The position numbers were made by a program, and so were the translations under genes. From a virus (Duplodnaviria; Caudoviricetes): a stretch of DNA of 64,000 nucleotides. Positions within the stretch are counted from its first letter, which is position 1. Each line of letters starts with the position of its first letter. The notes below the pieces were generated by a model. That model had not been told where the DNA came from and did not search any database. It worked only from the letters and a program-made list of their open reading frames with translations. The stretch is taken from positions 19,433 through 83,432 of the IMG/VR virus record IMGVR_UViG_3300027533_000015, one strand, 5' to 3'. This document shows, piece by piece, positions 24,706 through 34,833 of this stretch.

Positions 24706-26850
24706 ATGGCATGTTTTTCACTTGCATGGGATAACACAGAGGTTCTGGCCAACCCCAATAATACTACACAGACAGCTTATTGGAGGTATAAAGGTGATGT
24801 TCCTTGGCTTAACACAGGTTTTGATGATGCCAATCCTATGCCTACATCTCAAAATGTAATTGATATATGTAGCCTTGATGCCAACAGGATAGTAGAGTTT
24901 AAAGTGGAGAGTGAATGTACAGAGAATGGCCCTGTTTCCAATAATAATGGCACAAGGGAGCAGATAGCCTTTGTCTGCATTGAGCCAGTTCTCTCCAATA
25001 CTGATGTTACTGCACAGGCTGTGGTCAGCTTGGTTGGCACTGCTATCACTAAAGTAAGGTTTACTCTGCGCAAGGCCAGTGATAATACCATTGTCTTTGG
25101 CCCTACTATCATAACCAGTGTGGCAAATCAGGCTATAGCTACAGCCACAGGACTAACAGGCAGCACTGCTTATTACTGGCAAACTGTCCTCTATACTACC
25201 ATCAATGGAGTAGAGGTCAACTCTTCACAGTCCTCCTATCTCAATACAGTATGCGGGCCTTATAATCTCACCACTGATGCACCAGTAATAGTGGAAGACC
25301 TTATCTGGATTCCTCTTGCTGTACAGTGTGAGAAAGAAGGTGGATTTGGTGTGGTGAAGACTATATCTGGTCTCTCCTCTCCTTATACTGCATGGTATGA
25401 TGTTGCTTCCAATCTTGTCTATATTGCTGATCAGGATGATGCAGCAGGTAATGTATACTGGTTCAATCCTGATACAGCTACCCTTCCTGCACACATGACT
25501 CACTCCACACAGATCATTGATCCTGCATTATACAATACTTACATAGATGGCCCAAACAAGAAGATCTATTTTGTAGGTGCAAATACAGGAGGAATGCTGG
25601 TCTATAATATCATCACTGATACAGTCACTACTCCTGCTGCTTTTGGTACTAATGGAGCTTTTAATAGAACATTACTGACAGTTACCAGTAACAGGATATA
25701 CTGTAATGATGCTGCTATCAGTATTATCATCATCAACAGGGAGACACAAACCATACTCAGCACAGTGCCTATTGCAGGGATACCTCTCAATGGAAACTTC
25801 TTAGGTGGAGTAATCCAGTTAATTGAAGCTACAGCTACAAATGAACTATATGCAATAACCAGTAATGGTACAACAGGTACAGTAGGAGTATATAATACAG
25901 CTTTGGATACATCAATTGCTGTGATAACACTTCCGGGAGCTGCTACATGGACTGGTGGTGGAAGCAAGTACTGGCAGGGTGGCTTCTATGATCCTGTTTC
26001 ACAGAGGATGTTTATCACAGATATAGGCTCAAGCAAGCTGTTCATCATAGATGTAGTCACTCATACTGTGGTACAAACAATAGATGCAGTGAACAGGCAG
26101 GGTAAGGCTAATGCAGGCTACAATGGCATGATTAACCCTGTCAATGGTGACTTGTATATAGGCTATACAGGGATAAATAATAGTGTTGATGCAAGCCCCA
26201 TTAAGAGAATGTACCTGATGAACAGGACTGGTTTTGTCTTCAGCAATATGTTTGAGAACCAATATTACATCAATGGTGCTGGTATTCCGGGAACTACTAA
26301 TGTGGTTGGCACATCTCCTGGCTTGGGTGCATGGAGTGGTATGCCTGCATCTGCAACTGATGGTGTTATTACTCTTGTCAGCACTACTACTGGTAGTCAG
26401 AATACAGGAAAGAAGATTGTAGTGACATTACAGGAAGTGGATGCTAATGATGGCAATGCTCCAACAGGAGAAACTGCAAATAATACTGTGCTTGACGGTG
26501 ATGGCAATCCTAACCCTAACTATATACCTGATTCCACTGATCTTGTTACCTGTCCACTGACACTGAATACAGCTTGTCCCACTGATGTGGTAACTACATT
26601 CTCAGGAGCAACTCTCAACTATGAAGTTGCTGTGGCAGCTTCAGTTATTAATAATCCTGCTGTATTGAAGATGCAGATATATGCCTATAACATTGGCACT
26701 GCATCAGTGGAAGGTAGTCCAGTGACAATAAATGATCCAACATTATTTTATTATGCAGGCAGCTTTGGTGGTCTTGGTGGAGTGAATTACACCATTCAGG
26801 TAAGGTTCTTGGGGGCTGCTGATGCTATTCTCAATACTTGTACCTTGTAA
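24706..26850 (+). CDS. fibre/receptor-binding protein with FN3-like domains and a YVTN-like beta-propeller
   Basis: TGLTGSTAYYW FN3 motif; repeated blades such as YDPVSQRMFITD and IDGPNKKIYFV. Confidence 0.7.
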   Translation: MACFSLAWDNTEVLANPNNTTQTAYWRYKGDVPWLNTGFDDANPMPTSQNVIDICSLDANRIVEFKVESECTENGPVSNNNGTREQIAFVCIEPVLSNTDVTAQAVVSLVGTAITKVRFTLRKASDNTIVFGPTIITSVANQAIATATGLTGSTAYYWQTVLYTTINGVEVNSSQSSYLNTVCGPYNLTTDAPVIVEDLIWIPLAVQCEKEGGFGVVKTISGLSSPYTAWYDVASNLVYIADQDDAAGNVYWFNPDTATLPAHMTHSTQIIDPALYNTYIDGPNKKIYFVGANTGGMLVYNIITDTVTTPAAFGTNGAFNRTLLTVTSNRIYCNDAAISIIIINRETQTILSTVPIAGIPLNGNFLGGVIQLIEATATNELYAITSNGTTGTVGVYNTALDTSIAVITLPGAATWTGGGSKYWQGGFYDPVSQRMFITDIGSSKLFIIDVVTHTVVQTIDAVNRQGKANAGYNGMINPVNGDLYIGYTGINNSVDASPIKRMYLMNRTGFVFSNMFENQYYINGAGIPGTTNVVGTSPGLGAWSGMPASATDGVITLVSTTTGSQNTGKKIVVTLQEVDANDGNAPTGETANNTVLDGDGNPNPNYIPDSTDLVTCPLTLNTACPTDVVTTFSGATLNYEVAVAASVINNPAVLKMQIYAYNIGTASVEGSPVTINDPTLFYYAGSFGGLGGVNYTIQVRFLGAADAILNTCTL

Positions 26851-26859
26851 TTATAATCA

Positions 26860-28230
26860 ATGAGTAAGACACATCAAATACTATCTTCAAACTTCAGTGA
26901 CATCAAGAGCCTTGATTGTTATATCAAATCTCTTATAGATATTGCTATGGCTGAAGCTCTTACTGATGCTGAAATCAAAGTAGAGGATACAGCAAGTATA
27001 GACCTTCAGGGAACTGGCAAGTCAGCCACTCCCCTGAAAGCTGTTGCACTTATATCCCCTCAACCTGATAATGATATTGCAGTGCTTCCAGATGGCTTAT
27101 ACACTTCAGGCTTGGTGAAATATGGAGTTGTCAGTGGAGGTGAGGTTACATGGACTGGTGGTTATGGTTATCATGTCTCTCCTGCTATCTATTATATCAA
27201 TAAGGTCAAATTTGATCAGACCATCACTAATCCTGCTGGCTTTGACTTTGTACTTACTGCACCCAGTCCACTCTATAACAGGCTTGACAGCTTTGTACTT
27301 AATAACTTAGGCTTGACAGTAGTGCTTGCAGGTGCACCTTCCAATAATCCTGCATTGGCTCCACTTAACACTGCCACACAGCTATTTCTCTCCTGTGCTT
27401 TGGTTGAAGTCAGCAATATAGGAACTGCTGCTAACAGGGTAGCTATTGCTACTCCTGTTCCCGGAATGGAGTTTATACAGACTGATGATGTCAGGGATGC
27501 ACCTGCTGGCAAGTATTACTATGCTAATGGCAGGTGGAATTATCTTCTCCTCAATCCAGAGCAATTAGTCTATGCATTTGAGGACTTTCTCTTAGTAGGT
27601 GGCAATGGTGTCAGCACTAACAGGTTCTTTTATGCCATAACAGGTTCAGCCACTCCTACTGGCTTATATGCAAACAGGCCAGGAGCAGTGGTATTCAGTA
27701 CTGCTGCTATCAATACAGGCAGGGTAACATTATATGCAGGTTCTCTTAACAACTCTTCAGGAGGTTTATACTTCACAGGTGGTGCATGTTACTTTAAGTG
27801 CAGTACTATAGACTTTCCTATCCTTTCAACAGTAGGAGAAGAATTTACTATCAGGGTGGGTCTTGGCTTTTTTGGTGCAGGAGGTTTAAGTGCTGATCTG
27901 GATGGAGGAGTTTATTTTGAATATAACAGGCTCACCTCTGCTAACTGGTTATTAAGAACAGCAAAGAATGCAGTCAGGACAACTCTTGACAGTCTTGTAC
28001 CTGTTGCTACAGGTACTATCTTATTTGAGATATTTGTGAATGCAGCAGCTACACAAGCTGATTACTATATTAATGATGTATTAGTTGGTAGTGTTACACC
28101 TTTAGCTTTTCCTTTTGTTGTATTTGGCTCTCCAATATTCCAGTTAATGAAATCAGCAGGAACTACTCCCAGAACTATAACTTTGGATTATATAAAAGCA
28201 TGGCAGAGATTAACAGTAATAAGACCTTAA
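26860..28230 (+). CDS. tail fibre/spike protein
   Basis: N-terminal VEDTASIDLQGTG..PLKA fibre motif; C-terminal beta-sandwich (lectin-like) domain. Confidence 0.7.
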   Translation: MSKTHQILSSNFSDIKSLDCYIKSLIDIAMAEALTDAEIKVEDTASIDLQGTGKSATPLKAVALISPQPDNDIAVLPDGLYTSGLVKYGVVSGGEVTWTGGYGYHVSPAIYYINKVKFDQTITNPAGFDFVLTAPSPLYNRLDSFVLNNLGLTVVLAGAPSNNPALAPLNTATQLFLSCALVEVSNIGTAANRVAIATPVPGMEFIQTDDVRDAPAGKYYYANGRWNYLLLNPEQLVYAFEDFLLVGGNGVSTNRFFYAITGSATPTGLYANRPGAVVFSTAAINTGRVTLYAGSLNNSSGGLYFTGGACYFKCSTIDFPILSTVGEEFTIRVGLGFFGAGGLSADLDGGVYFEYNRLTSANWLLRTAKNAVRTTLDSLVPVATGTILFEIFVNAAATQADYYINDVLVGSVTPLAFPFVVFGSPIFQLMKSAGTTPRTITLDYIKAWQRLTVIRP

Positions 28231-28249
28231 TCATTAAATTATTATCCTT

Positions 28250-28858
28250 ATGAGCAATATAGGTAACTTAATATCACGACTTAATAATCTTGAGAGAAGG
28301 ATTACAGAGATAGAGAATCCTCCACCTTCCAACATAGGCCCTGAAAGTCTTATGGTAATGTCAAATATGAAACTATCTGCTGTACCTATGGCAAAGGCTC
28401 TGGAAGTACTTAACAGTGGTGGCAGACCTGATACTATTCCCGGTAATCCTAATGCTGGTCTTTCTTATAATGCTTATGCAGCCTTACTTTCCCAGACAGG
28501 AACTACTGCTCCTGTAGCTGTGCTATTGGACAACTCATTAAAGAAAAATCCAACATGGGTCTATGAAGCTGTTGGCAGGTATATCCTGACTGCTGTTAGT
28601 GTATTTCCAGTAGGAAGAACTGCTATCATTCCTATAGATAACATGACCAGCACTAAGGTTACAGGAGTTTGGCTTGATACCAGTACCATAGAGATAGTTA
28701 CTACTGATCTTGTCACAGGTCTTCCAGCTAATGATCACTTAAGTAATACCTTTGTTGAAGTGAGAGTGTATTCTCAGTCATTAGTGGAGTTATTGAGAAC
28801 ACTTAAAGATGAAATAATTCAGGAACAAACAACTAAAATAAAGAAGCCAAGCTTATAA
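28250..28858 (+). CDS. fibre-associated protein
   Basis: YAALLSQTGTTAP...FVEVRVY pattern seen at fibre C-termini. Confidence 0.6.
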   Translation: MSNIGNLISRLNNLERRITEIENPPPSNIGPESLMVMSNMKLSAVPMAKALEVLNSGGRPDTIPGNPNAGLSYNAYAALLSQTGTTAPVAVLLDNSLKKNPTWVYEAVGRYILTAVSVFPVGRTAIIPIDNMTSTKVTGVWLDTSTIEIVTTDLVTGLPANDHLSNTFVEVRVYSQSLVELLRTLKDEIIQEQTTKIKKPSL

Positions 28859-28895
28859 CCTTCATAATTACATAACCAGTTAAAACAAACATTTT

Positions 28896-30998
28896 ATGGC
28901 AACTTCATCTTTAAAAGTACTTCCTTTCACCACTGCTATCATAAGACCTGAATCTGGGCCTGAACAATGGCATAACAGTACAGAAAGAATTGGATACCCT
29001 ACAGAATCACAACCAGTCAACCAGGAAAATTCCCTTGATGTCTATTACAGGTTTGCATGGACACAGATAGATGATGGGGCAAATGAACCCAATTATGACT
29101 GGGGATATTTTGATGGCCTTGTCAGGAGTGCTATTGACAATGGCCAAAGGCTTTCATTTGGTATCATGACCTATAATGCTGACAGGGGAGAGAATGAGTA
29201 TCCTGATGGAAGCTCTGCCAATTACCCACTGTGGCTGCACAGGCAGATGCAGAATGAAAGTGATAACAACAAGGACTGGCAGAAAAATGGTATCTGGATG
29301 CCAAACTGGAATAGTGAGAACTACATTGAAGGTCTGAGGGCATTGAATCAGGAAATCAGGGATCACCTTGTTGAGACAAAGTATACTCCTAATGATGGGC
29401 CAAATGCTGGTAAGGAAGTACTGTTTGCAGATGCCATACAGTTCATTGACATCAGGGGCTTTGGCTCATGGGGTGAATGGCATGTGTCAGGTGTATGCAC
29501 ATGGAGTACCTTCCCCGCTGGAAGACAGCCTACAATCAATGCCCTGAAAGCAATCATTGATACTCACACTGAAGTGTTTGATAAATGGCCTCTGGTCATC
29601 ATGGTGGCAGCTTATGACAGTGGAGCTTCATTCATTGATGCCTTCCATCCTTATCCTGAAGTGGGACACTATGCCCACTATGCCAAGAATGCATGGGGAC
29701 AAGTGGGATTTAGAAAGGATCAGTGGAGTGCTGATGATCAGTATCTCTCATCAGTGCTTGAAAACAATCCTTATACCTTTGATGGTTCTCCCACCTTTGG
29801 GGAACTAGCAAGAAATAAATACAAGACAGGGCCTATCACTGGTGAGCCTCCGGGCTGGAATACTGGTAATTTCTATGACTTAGTAAGACAGGTGGAGCTA
29901 TATCATGGAACAAGTATTGGTAATGGTAACTATGGTGGTTATCCTTCAGCTCTTGAATCAAGGGAGAACATCAGGGCAGGATTTGCCCTGCTTGGAAGCA
30001 AGATACAGATATCTGGTGGTAGCTTCAGCTTCACCAATACCTCTGCCTCTGTTACCCTGAACTGGAAAAATGGTGGTGTATGCCCTGTGTATATGAACTG
30101 GGATGTAGAATTAAGACTATACTCTGAAAGTGGTCAGGTTGAATATGCCAAGAAATCCAGCCATGAAGTAAAGTTCTTCCTTCCTACTACCACTCCTGTT
30201 GCTGTTACTGACAGCTTAGCCTTCAGCCTGCCACAGGGAGCATATAAACTGGCTGTTGTTATCACTGATCCTACAGGATACAGGCAACCAATGCCACTGT
30301 ACAATGAGGACAGGCAATCTGATGGCAGCTATATCATAGGTACTATCAATATCACAGATACAGTTCCTAATCAGCCTCCAACTGCCAATGCAGGGCCTAA
30401 TCAGGATACTGAGGAAGATACTGTGACACTGACAGGTGCAGGTACAGATGGAGATGGAACTATCACATCATATCAATGGACTAAGATAACTACACTGGCT
30501 GCTACTATCACTTCTCCTGATACAGCAATTACTACTGTTACAGGGTTAGTTCCGGGACTACATACCTTTCAACTTAAGGTCACAGATAATCGTGGAGCTA
30601 CTGCATTGGATACAGTGAATATTACAGTGGCAGAAGAGGCAGAGGGTGAACCCCCTGTTGCTAATGCAGGTTCAGACAGGGAAATCACATTACCTATTAG
30701 CAGAGTTATCATAGCTGGTGCAGCCACAGGTTCAGATGGTATTATTACCCCACTATGGAGCATAGTTTCTGGTAGTGGTAGCATCACTAATCCTAACTCA
30801 TATCTTACAATGGTTCAAGACCTGACAGAAGGTACTACAGTAGTAAGGCTAACTGTAACTGATAATAGTGGAGCATCTGCAAGTGATGAGATGTACATAG
30901 TAGTTAAAGCACCAACTTCAGATGTAACTGTGACATCAGTTACAGCATTGGTTAGACTTAGCAATGGTGTTACAATAACCAAACCTGTACACCCTTAA
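28896..30998 (+). CDS. glycoside hydrolase-like (clan GH-A / DUF4832-like) protein with two PKD domains
   Basis: YYRFAWTQI..YDWGYFD, IDIRGFGSWGEWH and ITGEP motifs; PKD repeats NQPPTANAG..FQLKVTDNRGA and PPVANAG..RLTVTDNSGA. Confidence 0.75.
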   Translation: MATSSLKVLPFTTAIIRPESGPEQWHNSTERIGYPTESQPVNQENSLDVYYRFAWTQIDDGANEPNYDWGYFDGLVRSAIDNGQRLSFGIMTYNADRGENEYPDGSSANYPLWLHRQMQNESDNNKDWQKNGIWMPNWNSENYIEGLRALNQEIRDHLVETKYTPNDGPNAGKEVLFADAIQFIDIRGFGSWGEWHVSGVCTWSTFPAGRQPTINALKAIIDTHTEVFDKWPLVIMVAAYDSGASFIDAFHPYPEVGHYAHYAKNAWGQVGFRKDQWSADDQYLSSVLENNPYTFDGSPTFGELARNKYKTGPITGEPPGWNTGNFYDLVRQVELYHGTSIGNGNYGGYPSALESRENIRAGFALLGSKIQISGGSFSFTNTSASVTLNWKNGGVCPVYMNWDVELRLYSESGQVEYAKKSSHEVKFFLPTTTPVAVTDSLAFSLPQGAYKLAVVITDPTGYRQPMPLYNEDRQSDGSYIIGTINITDTVPNQPPTANAGPNQDTEEDTVTLTGAGTDGDGTITSYQWTKITTLAATITSPDTAITTVTGLVPGLHTFQLKVTDNRGATALDTVNITVAEEAEGEPPVANAGSDREITLPISRVIIAGAATGSDGIITPLWSIVSGSGSITNPNSYLTMVQDLTEGTTVVRLTVTDNSGASASDEMYIVVKAPTSDVTVTSVTALVRLSNGVTITKPVHP

Positions 30999-31059
30999 AT
31001 ATTTTCATTATTCGTGCCCTATGCTTAACTTTAGGTAATCACTTAAAATACACACATTT

Positions 31060-31539
31060 ATGAAAAGTATTACCATTAAGACAACTGATGAGCTATACAT
31101 TGATGAGACTGGAAGAGAGATGCCCTTCAGACTCACCACTGCTCTGCTCATTAAGACTGCCATCAAGAATACACCTGCTGGTGGATTTGAGGTGACAGAC
31201 ATGATGAACAGGCTGAAGATAAGTAAGGTGCTTGAAGACTATGAGGCAGTTAAGAGAAAGGAAAAGAGAAACAGGTTAATTAAGGCACAGCAAGAGGCAA
31301 AAGCTTTAGCTGAAGCTGAACCTGATATGATCTATGATGATTCTGAGATACCTGAAGAAAAAGATATCTCATTAAAGGTATCAGACTATGATGGAGTAAT
31401 AAAGCTTGAAGATGCGATGTTTGATAAATTGGGTGAATATGTGAAGCCTACCAAGTGGCTTTTTATGAGCCAGAACATAGTTGATTTCTGTGAGTTGTTC
31501 AATACCAATGGTAATCACAATGATAAACCTAAATCATGA
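31060..31539 (+). CDS. hypothetical protein (possible fibre chaperone)
   Basis: 159-aa helical ORF; function is inference only. Confidence 0.6.
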   Translation: MKSITIKTTDELYIDETGREMPFRLTTALLIKTAIKNTPAGGFEVTDMMNRLKISKVLEDYEAVKRKEKRNRLIKAQQEAKALAEAEPDMIYDDSEIPEEKDISLKVSDYDGVIKLEDAMFDKLGEYVKPTKWLFMSQNIVDFCELFNTNGNHNDKPKS

Positions 31540-32270
31540 CAGCAGTACAAACTCACAACTATATAACCAAGCAGTTCTCCTCTCTCACTTTTGAGGAGAA
31601 AAGGCATATTTACTGTTGGGAGGGAGCCAGAGTTCCGAGGTCAGTAAGTGCCTTGGTGGAAGAACATGTCCCTCCTTTTGATAAAACCAAATGGTTACCT
31701 ATATGTGCAAAGAAGGAGAATATATCTGAACATGAACTGGAGCATAGATGGCAGACCATTAATCAATTAGCCTGTGATCTGGGACATGAGACCCATGCTT
31801 TCATGGAAAGATACTCTGGACTTCAGACTCCCATGACCCCACAGGAGCAGGCTGGCATTAAGTTCCTGACCTTTATCCTGAAGGAGTATGAGATAGTGGC
31901 AAGGGAAATAAGAATGTATTCAAGGGAGTTTGGCTATGCTGGCACAGCAGATTTACTGCTCAGGCATAGAAAGACAGGGGAGCTGGCACTGGCTGATTAC
32001 AAGACCAATGCTGACCTGTTTAAGAGATGGGCCATGCTGCTCTTCCCTTTCAATTACTTGGAGAATCATCCTTATAATCACTATCAGCTACAGTTCTCTT
32101 ACTATCAAATTATGCTGGAAGAAATTGGATTATCCATCACCAAAAGATTATTAGCGTATCTGAAAGCAGATGCTACATATAAAATATATGAATGTTATTC
32201 TTTTGTTGATCAGCTTAAAGCACATCTTATTGAAAGAAGTAAATTAATACCTGATTATGTTGCTTGGTGA
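31536..32270 (+). CDS. PD-(D/E)XK exonuclease-like protein
   Basis: GHETH, YAGTADLL, LADYKT and YQLQFSYY motifs. Confidence 0.85.
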   Translation: MTAVQTHNYITKQFSSLTFEEKRHIYCWEGARVPRSVSALVEEHVPPFDKTKWLPICAKKENISEHELEHRWQTINQLACDLGHETHAFMERYSGLQTPMTPQEQAGIKFLTFILKEYEIVAREIRMYSREFGYAGTADLLLRHRKTGELALADYKTNADLFKRWAMLLFPFNYLENHPYNHYQLQFSYYQIMLEEIGLSITKRLLAYLKADATYKIYECYSFVDQLKAHLIERSKLIPDYVAW

Positions 32271-32982
32271 TATTTTACAGCGTGTTCAATCATTATACTC
32301 CAAGGGAGTACAGTCTGATGATACAAGGCTTGTCAACAGGCATATCTACTCTGCTGTGACTACAGCAAGGAATGTACTGCTAAGACAGAAGGCTGATAAG
32401 GGCCAGATCATCAGTGATTGGAGTTACCAGACATTACCCTGTGCAGAGTTGGAGAAAGCTCCCTTGCATGAATGTCCCTGTGTACCTGTTCCTGGCTGTA
32501 TAATATTAAGAACCAAGCATAAGATACCCAAGCCTATCACTAATCTTGATTCACACATGATAAAGACAGTGATGACCATTGATGGTTCAGTTACATTTGA
32601 TGAGACCACTTATGAGGATGAGAAGTACAGCAAAGGCAACAAGTTCACTTCCAAGATTCCTAAATGGTTTCCTCACAATGAGAGGGTGTATATCACTATA
32701 GTAAAACAGTTAAAGGCTGTAGCCATTAAGGGATTATATGATGACTTTGTAGCAGCTAAGCTATTTCCCTCTATCTGTGTCAATGAATGCCCTGATTGCT
32801 GTGAAGATGTACTGGATATGGAGTTTCCCCTTGAAGGTGATTCTATAAGACCTCTTATCCAGCTTGCCAATGAGGAACTGATCATTATCATGAAACAATT
32901 AACTGAAGACAAACTATCCAATTCACAGGATGATGATATGCCTACAGGCATGGTTCATCAGCCTAATCCTGCAAGGAGATAA
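32257..32982 (+). CDS. tail ring protein (crAss-like)
   Basis: SDDTRL...SYQTLPCAELE...LRTKHKIPKPI pattern; position before the IHF-like gene. Confidence 0.7.
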   Translation: MLLGDILQRVQSLYSKGVQSDDTRLVNRHIYSAVTTARNVLLRQKADKGQIISDWSYQTLPCAELEKAPLHECPCVPVPGCIILRTKHKIPKPITNLDSHMIKTVMTIDGSVTFDETTYEDEKYSKGNKFTSKIPKWFPHNERVYITIVKQLKAVAIKGLYDDFVAAKLFPSICVNECPDCCEDVLDMEFPLEGDSIRPLIQLANEELIIIMKQLTEDKLSNSQDDDMPTGMVHQPNPARR

Positions 32983-32984
32983 TT

Positions 32985-33491
32985 ATGATTGAAGTAAAGA
33001 ACTTAAGGCAAGGCTATAAATATTATAAGACGGAGATTGCTCCCAAAACCACTATTGATATCAATCTCTACCTGAAGATCACACAAGGTTTTATGAAGTT
33101 TCAGGTAAACAAACTGCTTCAGGGTTATGATGTAGAGCTGGGAGTTGGTGAGAGTCTGGGAACTTTAAGAGTCAGGGGGTATAAGTCAAAGGCTTATATT
33201 AATGAGCATGGAGAGATAAAAGGAGTACCCCCATCATGGTCAAAGACCAAGAAGCTATGGGATAGTGATCCTGTAGCTAAAGCCAACAGGCAGTTGGTTT
33301 ATTGCTTTAATGAACACAGTGATGGTAATATTTATTCAGTTAAATGGTACACTGGTAAGTCAAGATTATATAACAAACAGTATTATCATTTCAAACTAAG
33401 CAGAGCTAATAAGAGAGCCTTGAACAGGCTTATCAATCAGGGTAAGGAGTATGCTATATCAGTTAAAAGAGATAAATCACAGTATAAATAA
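32985..33491 (+). CDS. IHF-like protein (crAss tail block)
   Basis: LGTLRV, WSKTKKLW, VYCFNEHSDG and FKLSRANKRAL motifs. Confidence 0.75.
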   Translation: MIEVKNLRQGYKYYKTEIAPKTTIDINLYLKITQGFMKFQVNKLLQGYDVELGVGESLGTLRVRGYKSKAYINEHGEIKGVPPSWSKTKKLWDSDPVAKANRQLVYCFNEHSDGNIYSVKWYTGKSRLYNKQYYHFKLSRANKRALNRLINQGKEYAISVKRDKSQYK

Positions 33492-33502
33492 ATTCTACTA
33501 TC

Positions 33503-33805
33503 ATGGCAACATCAAAACTCAAAGAGGCATCCAAGCTAAGAAGCACTTCTACCACTGTGACTGATAAGGTAAAAGAGAAGAGAGAGCCTCCTGCTGGTGC
33601 CAAGATCATAAGCAAGACTGTGAGAACTGAGACAGAAGAGATAGAGAATGGATGGCTGATAAGTAAGAACTTTGATATCAGCTATGAGTATAAGGGTGAG
33701 AAGGAATGGGCTTACTATAGCAAGAAGTGGTATTCAAAAACAGATCCCCTCACCATCAAGTTAAATGATGAGGCTCTGGCAGATGAGTTTGAAGGTGAGG
33801 ACTAA
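33503..33805 (+). CDS. hypothetical protein (100 aa)
   Basis: ORF in operon; EEIENGWLI motif. Confidence 0.7.
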   Translation: MATSKLKEASKLRSTSTTVTDKVKEKREPPAGAKIISKTVRTETEEIENGWLISKNFDISYEYKGEKEWAYYSKKWYSKTDPLTIKLNDEALADEFEGED

Positions 33806-33820
33806 TAAACAATTACTACT

Positions 33821-34828
33821 ATGGACTTTAGTTATGTTTCCGTAGACAGGATATTCAGCAAGCTGGTCAGGGATGTCACTGGTGACTTCAATGAGGGTGA
33901 TGTGATAGAATGGTGTGGTGAAGCTCTTGAAGCTGTGGGAGCTATTAAAGCCTCTGAAGAAGCTGTAGCCTTTATTGAGGTTAAGAATCACCAGTGTGCT
34001 GTTCCCAATGGCTTGCATAATATCATTCAAATAGCAAGGAACAGGGATTGGGGTGGGCCTGCTGATGATAAGTTCTGTCCTGCTGCTGTAGCCAAAGAAC
34101 TTTGTACTGTTGACAGTGACAGTACCAGTCCCTCTGATTGTGCTGATTGCCCCTCAGATCAAAAGCTGGACTACATTATCCTTGATTGTCATGGCATGCC
34201 TCTCAATGATTATGATGTGGCCTATTACAGGCCATACTTTGATTTGCAGTCAGAGTATTTCAACTGGAGAAATTCCAAGATGTACAGGAACAGTTACAGC
34301 ACAGTGAGCCTTGCTACCCATAGCTTCTTTAATTCCCTTGTGTGCAAAACTCCTGAGACAGGTTCTCCTCTGTATCAATCAAACACAGATGAATACTCAG
34401 TTATCCTGAAGAAGATTTTAAGGTTCAGCTTTGAAACAGGTTCTATTGCTATTGCTTATAACCGTCAAATAGTTGACCTTGATACAGGATATCCCATGAT
34501 ACCTGAAGACATCAGTTATACTGAAGCTATTACCAGATACATCAAGATGAAGATACTGGATAAGCAGTGCTTCAGTGGCAGGGAAGGAGCTTGTGGCAAG
34601 GCTGATAAAGCTGCCATTGACTGGCATTGGTATTGTAAGCAGGCTGGCAATAAGGCCCTGATGCTTAATGGTGTGGATGAGCATGAGAACTACCTGAGAC
34701 AACGCAGGTATATGCTGCCTCTCAATCATTACTATAGCTTCTTTGGCAATATGAACAAGGCTGAATTAAGAGCTTTCAATGATCCTGATTCAAGAAATAA
34801 TAAAGCAAGATACTTTGTTGGAAATTAA
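33821..34828 (+). CDS. tail tubular/ring protein (P22 gp4-like)
   Basis: VIEWCGEALE, RFSFETG, GYPMIPED and WHWYCKQA motifs; precedes the muzzle gene. Confidence 0.8.
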   Translation: MDFSYVSVDRIFSKLVRDVTGDFNEGDVIEWCGEALEAVGAIKASEEAVAFIEVKNHQCAVPNGLHNIIQIARNRDWGGPADDKFCPAAVAKELCTVDSDSTSPSDCADCPSDQKLDYIILDCHGMPLNDYDVAYYRPYFDLQSEYFNWRNSKMYRNSYSTVSLATHSFFNSLVCKTPETGSPLYQSNTDEYSVILKKILRFSFETGSIAIAYNRQIVDLDTGYPMIPEDISYTEAITRYIKMKILDKQCFSGREGACGKADKAAIDWHWYCKQAGNKALMLNGVDEHENYLRQRRYMLPLNHYYSFFGNMNKAELRAFNDPDSRNNKARYFVGN

Positions 34829-34833
34829 GACCT

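Noticed and set aside
24706-28858. Diversity-generating retroelement or invertible fibre cassette
   Set aside because: No reverse transcriptase, recombinase, or TR/VR repeat pair was noticed in the window.
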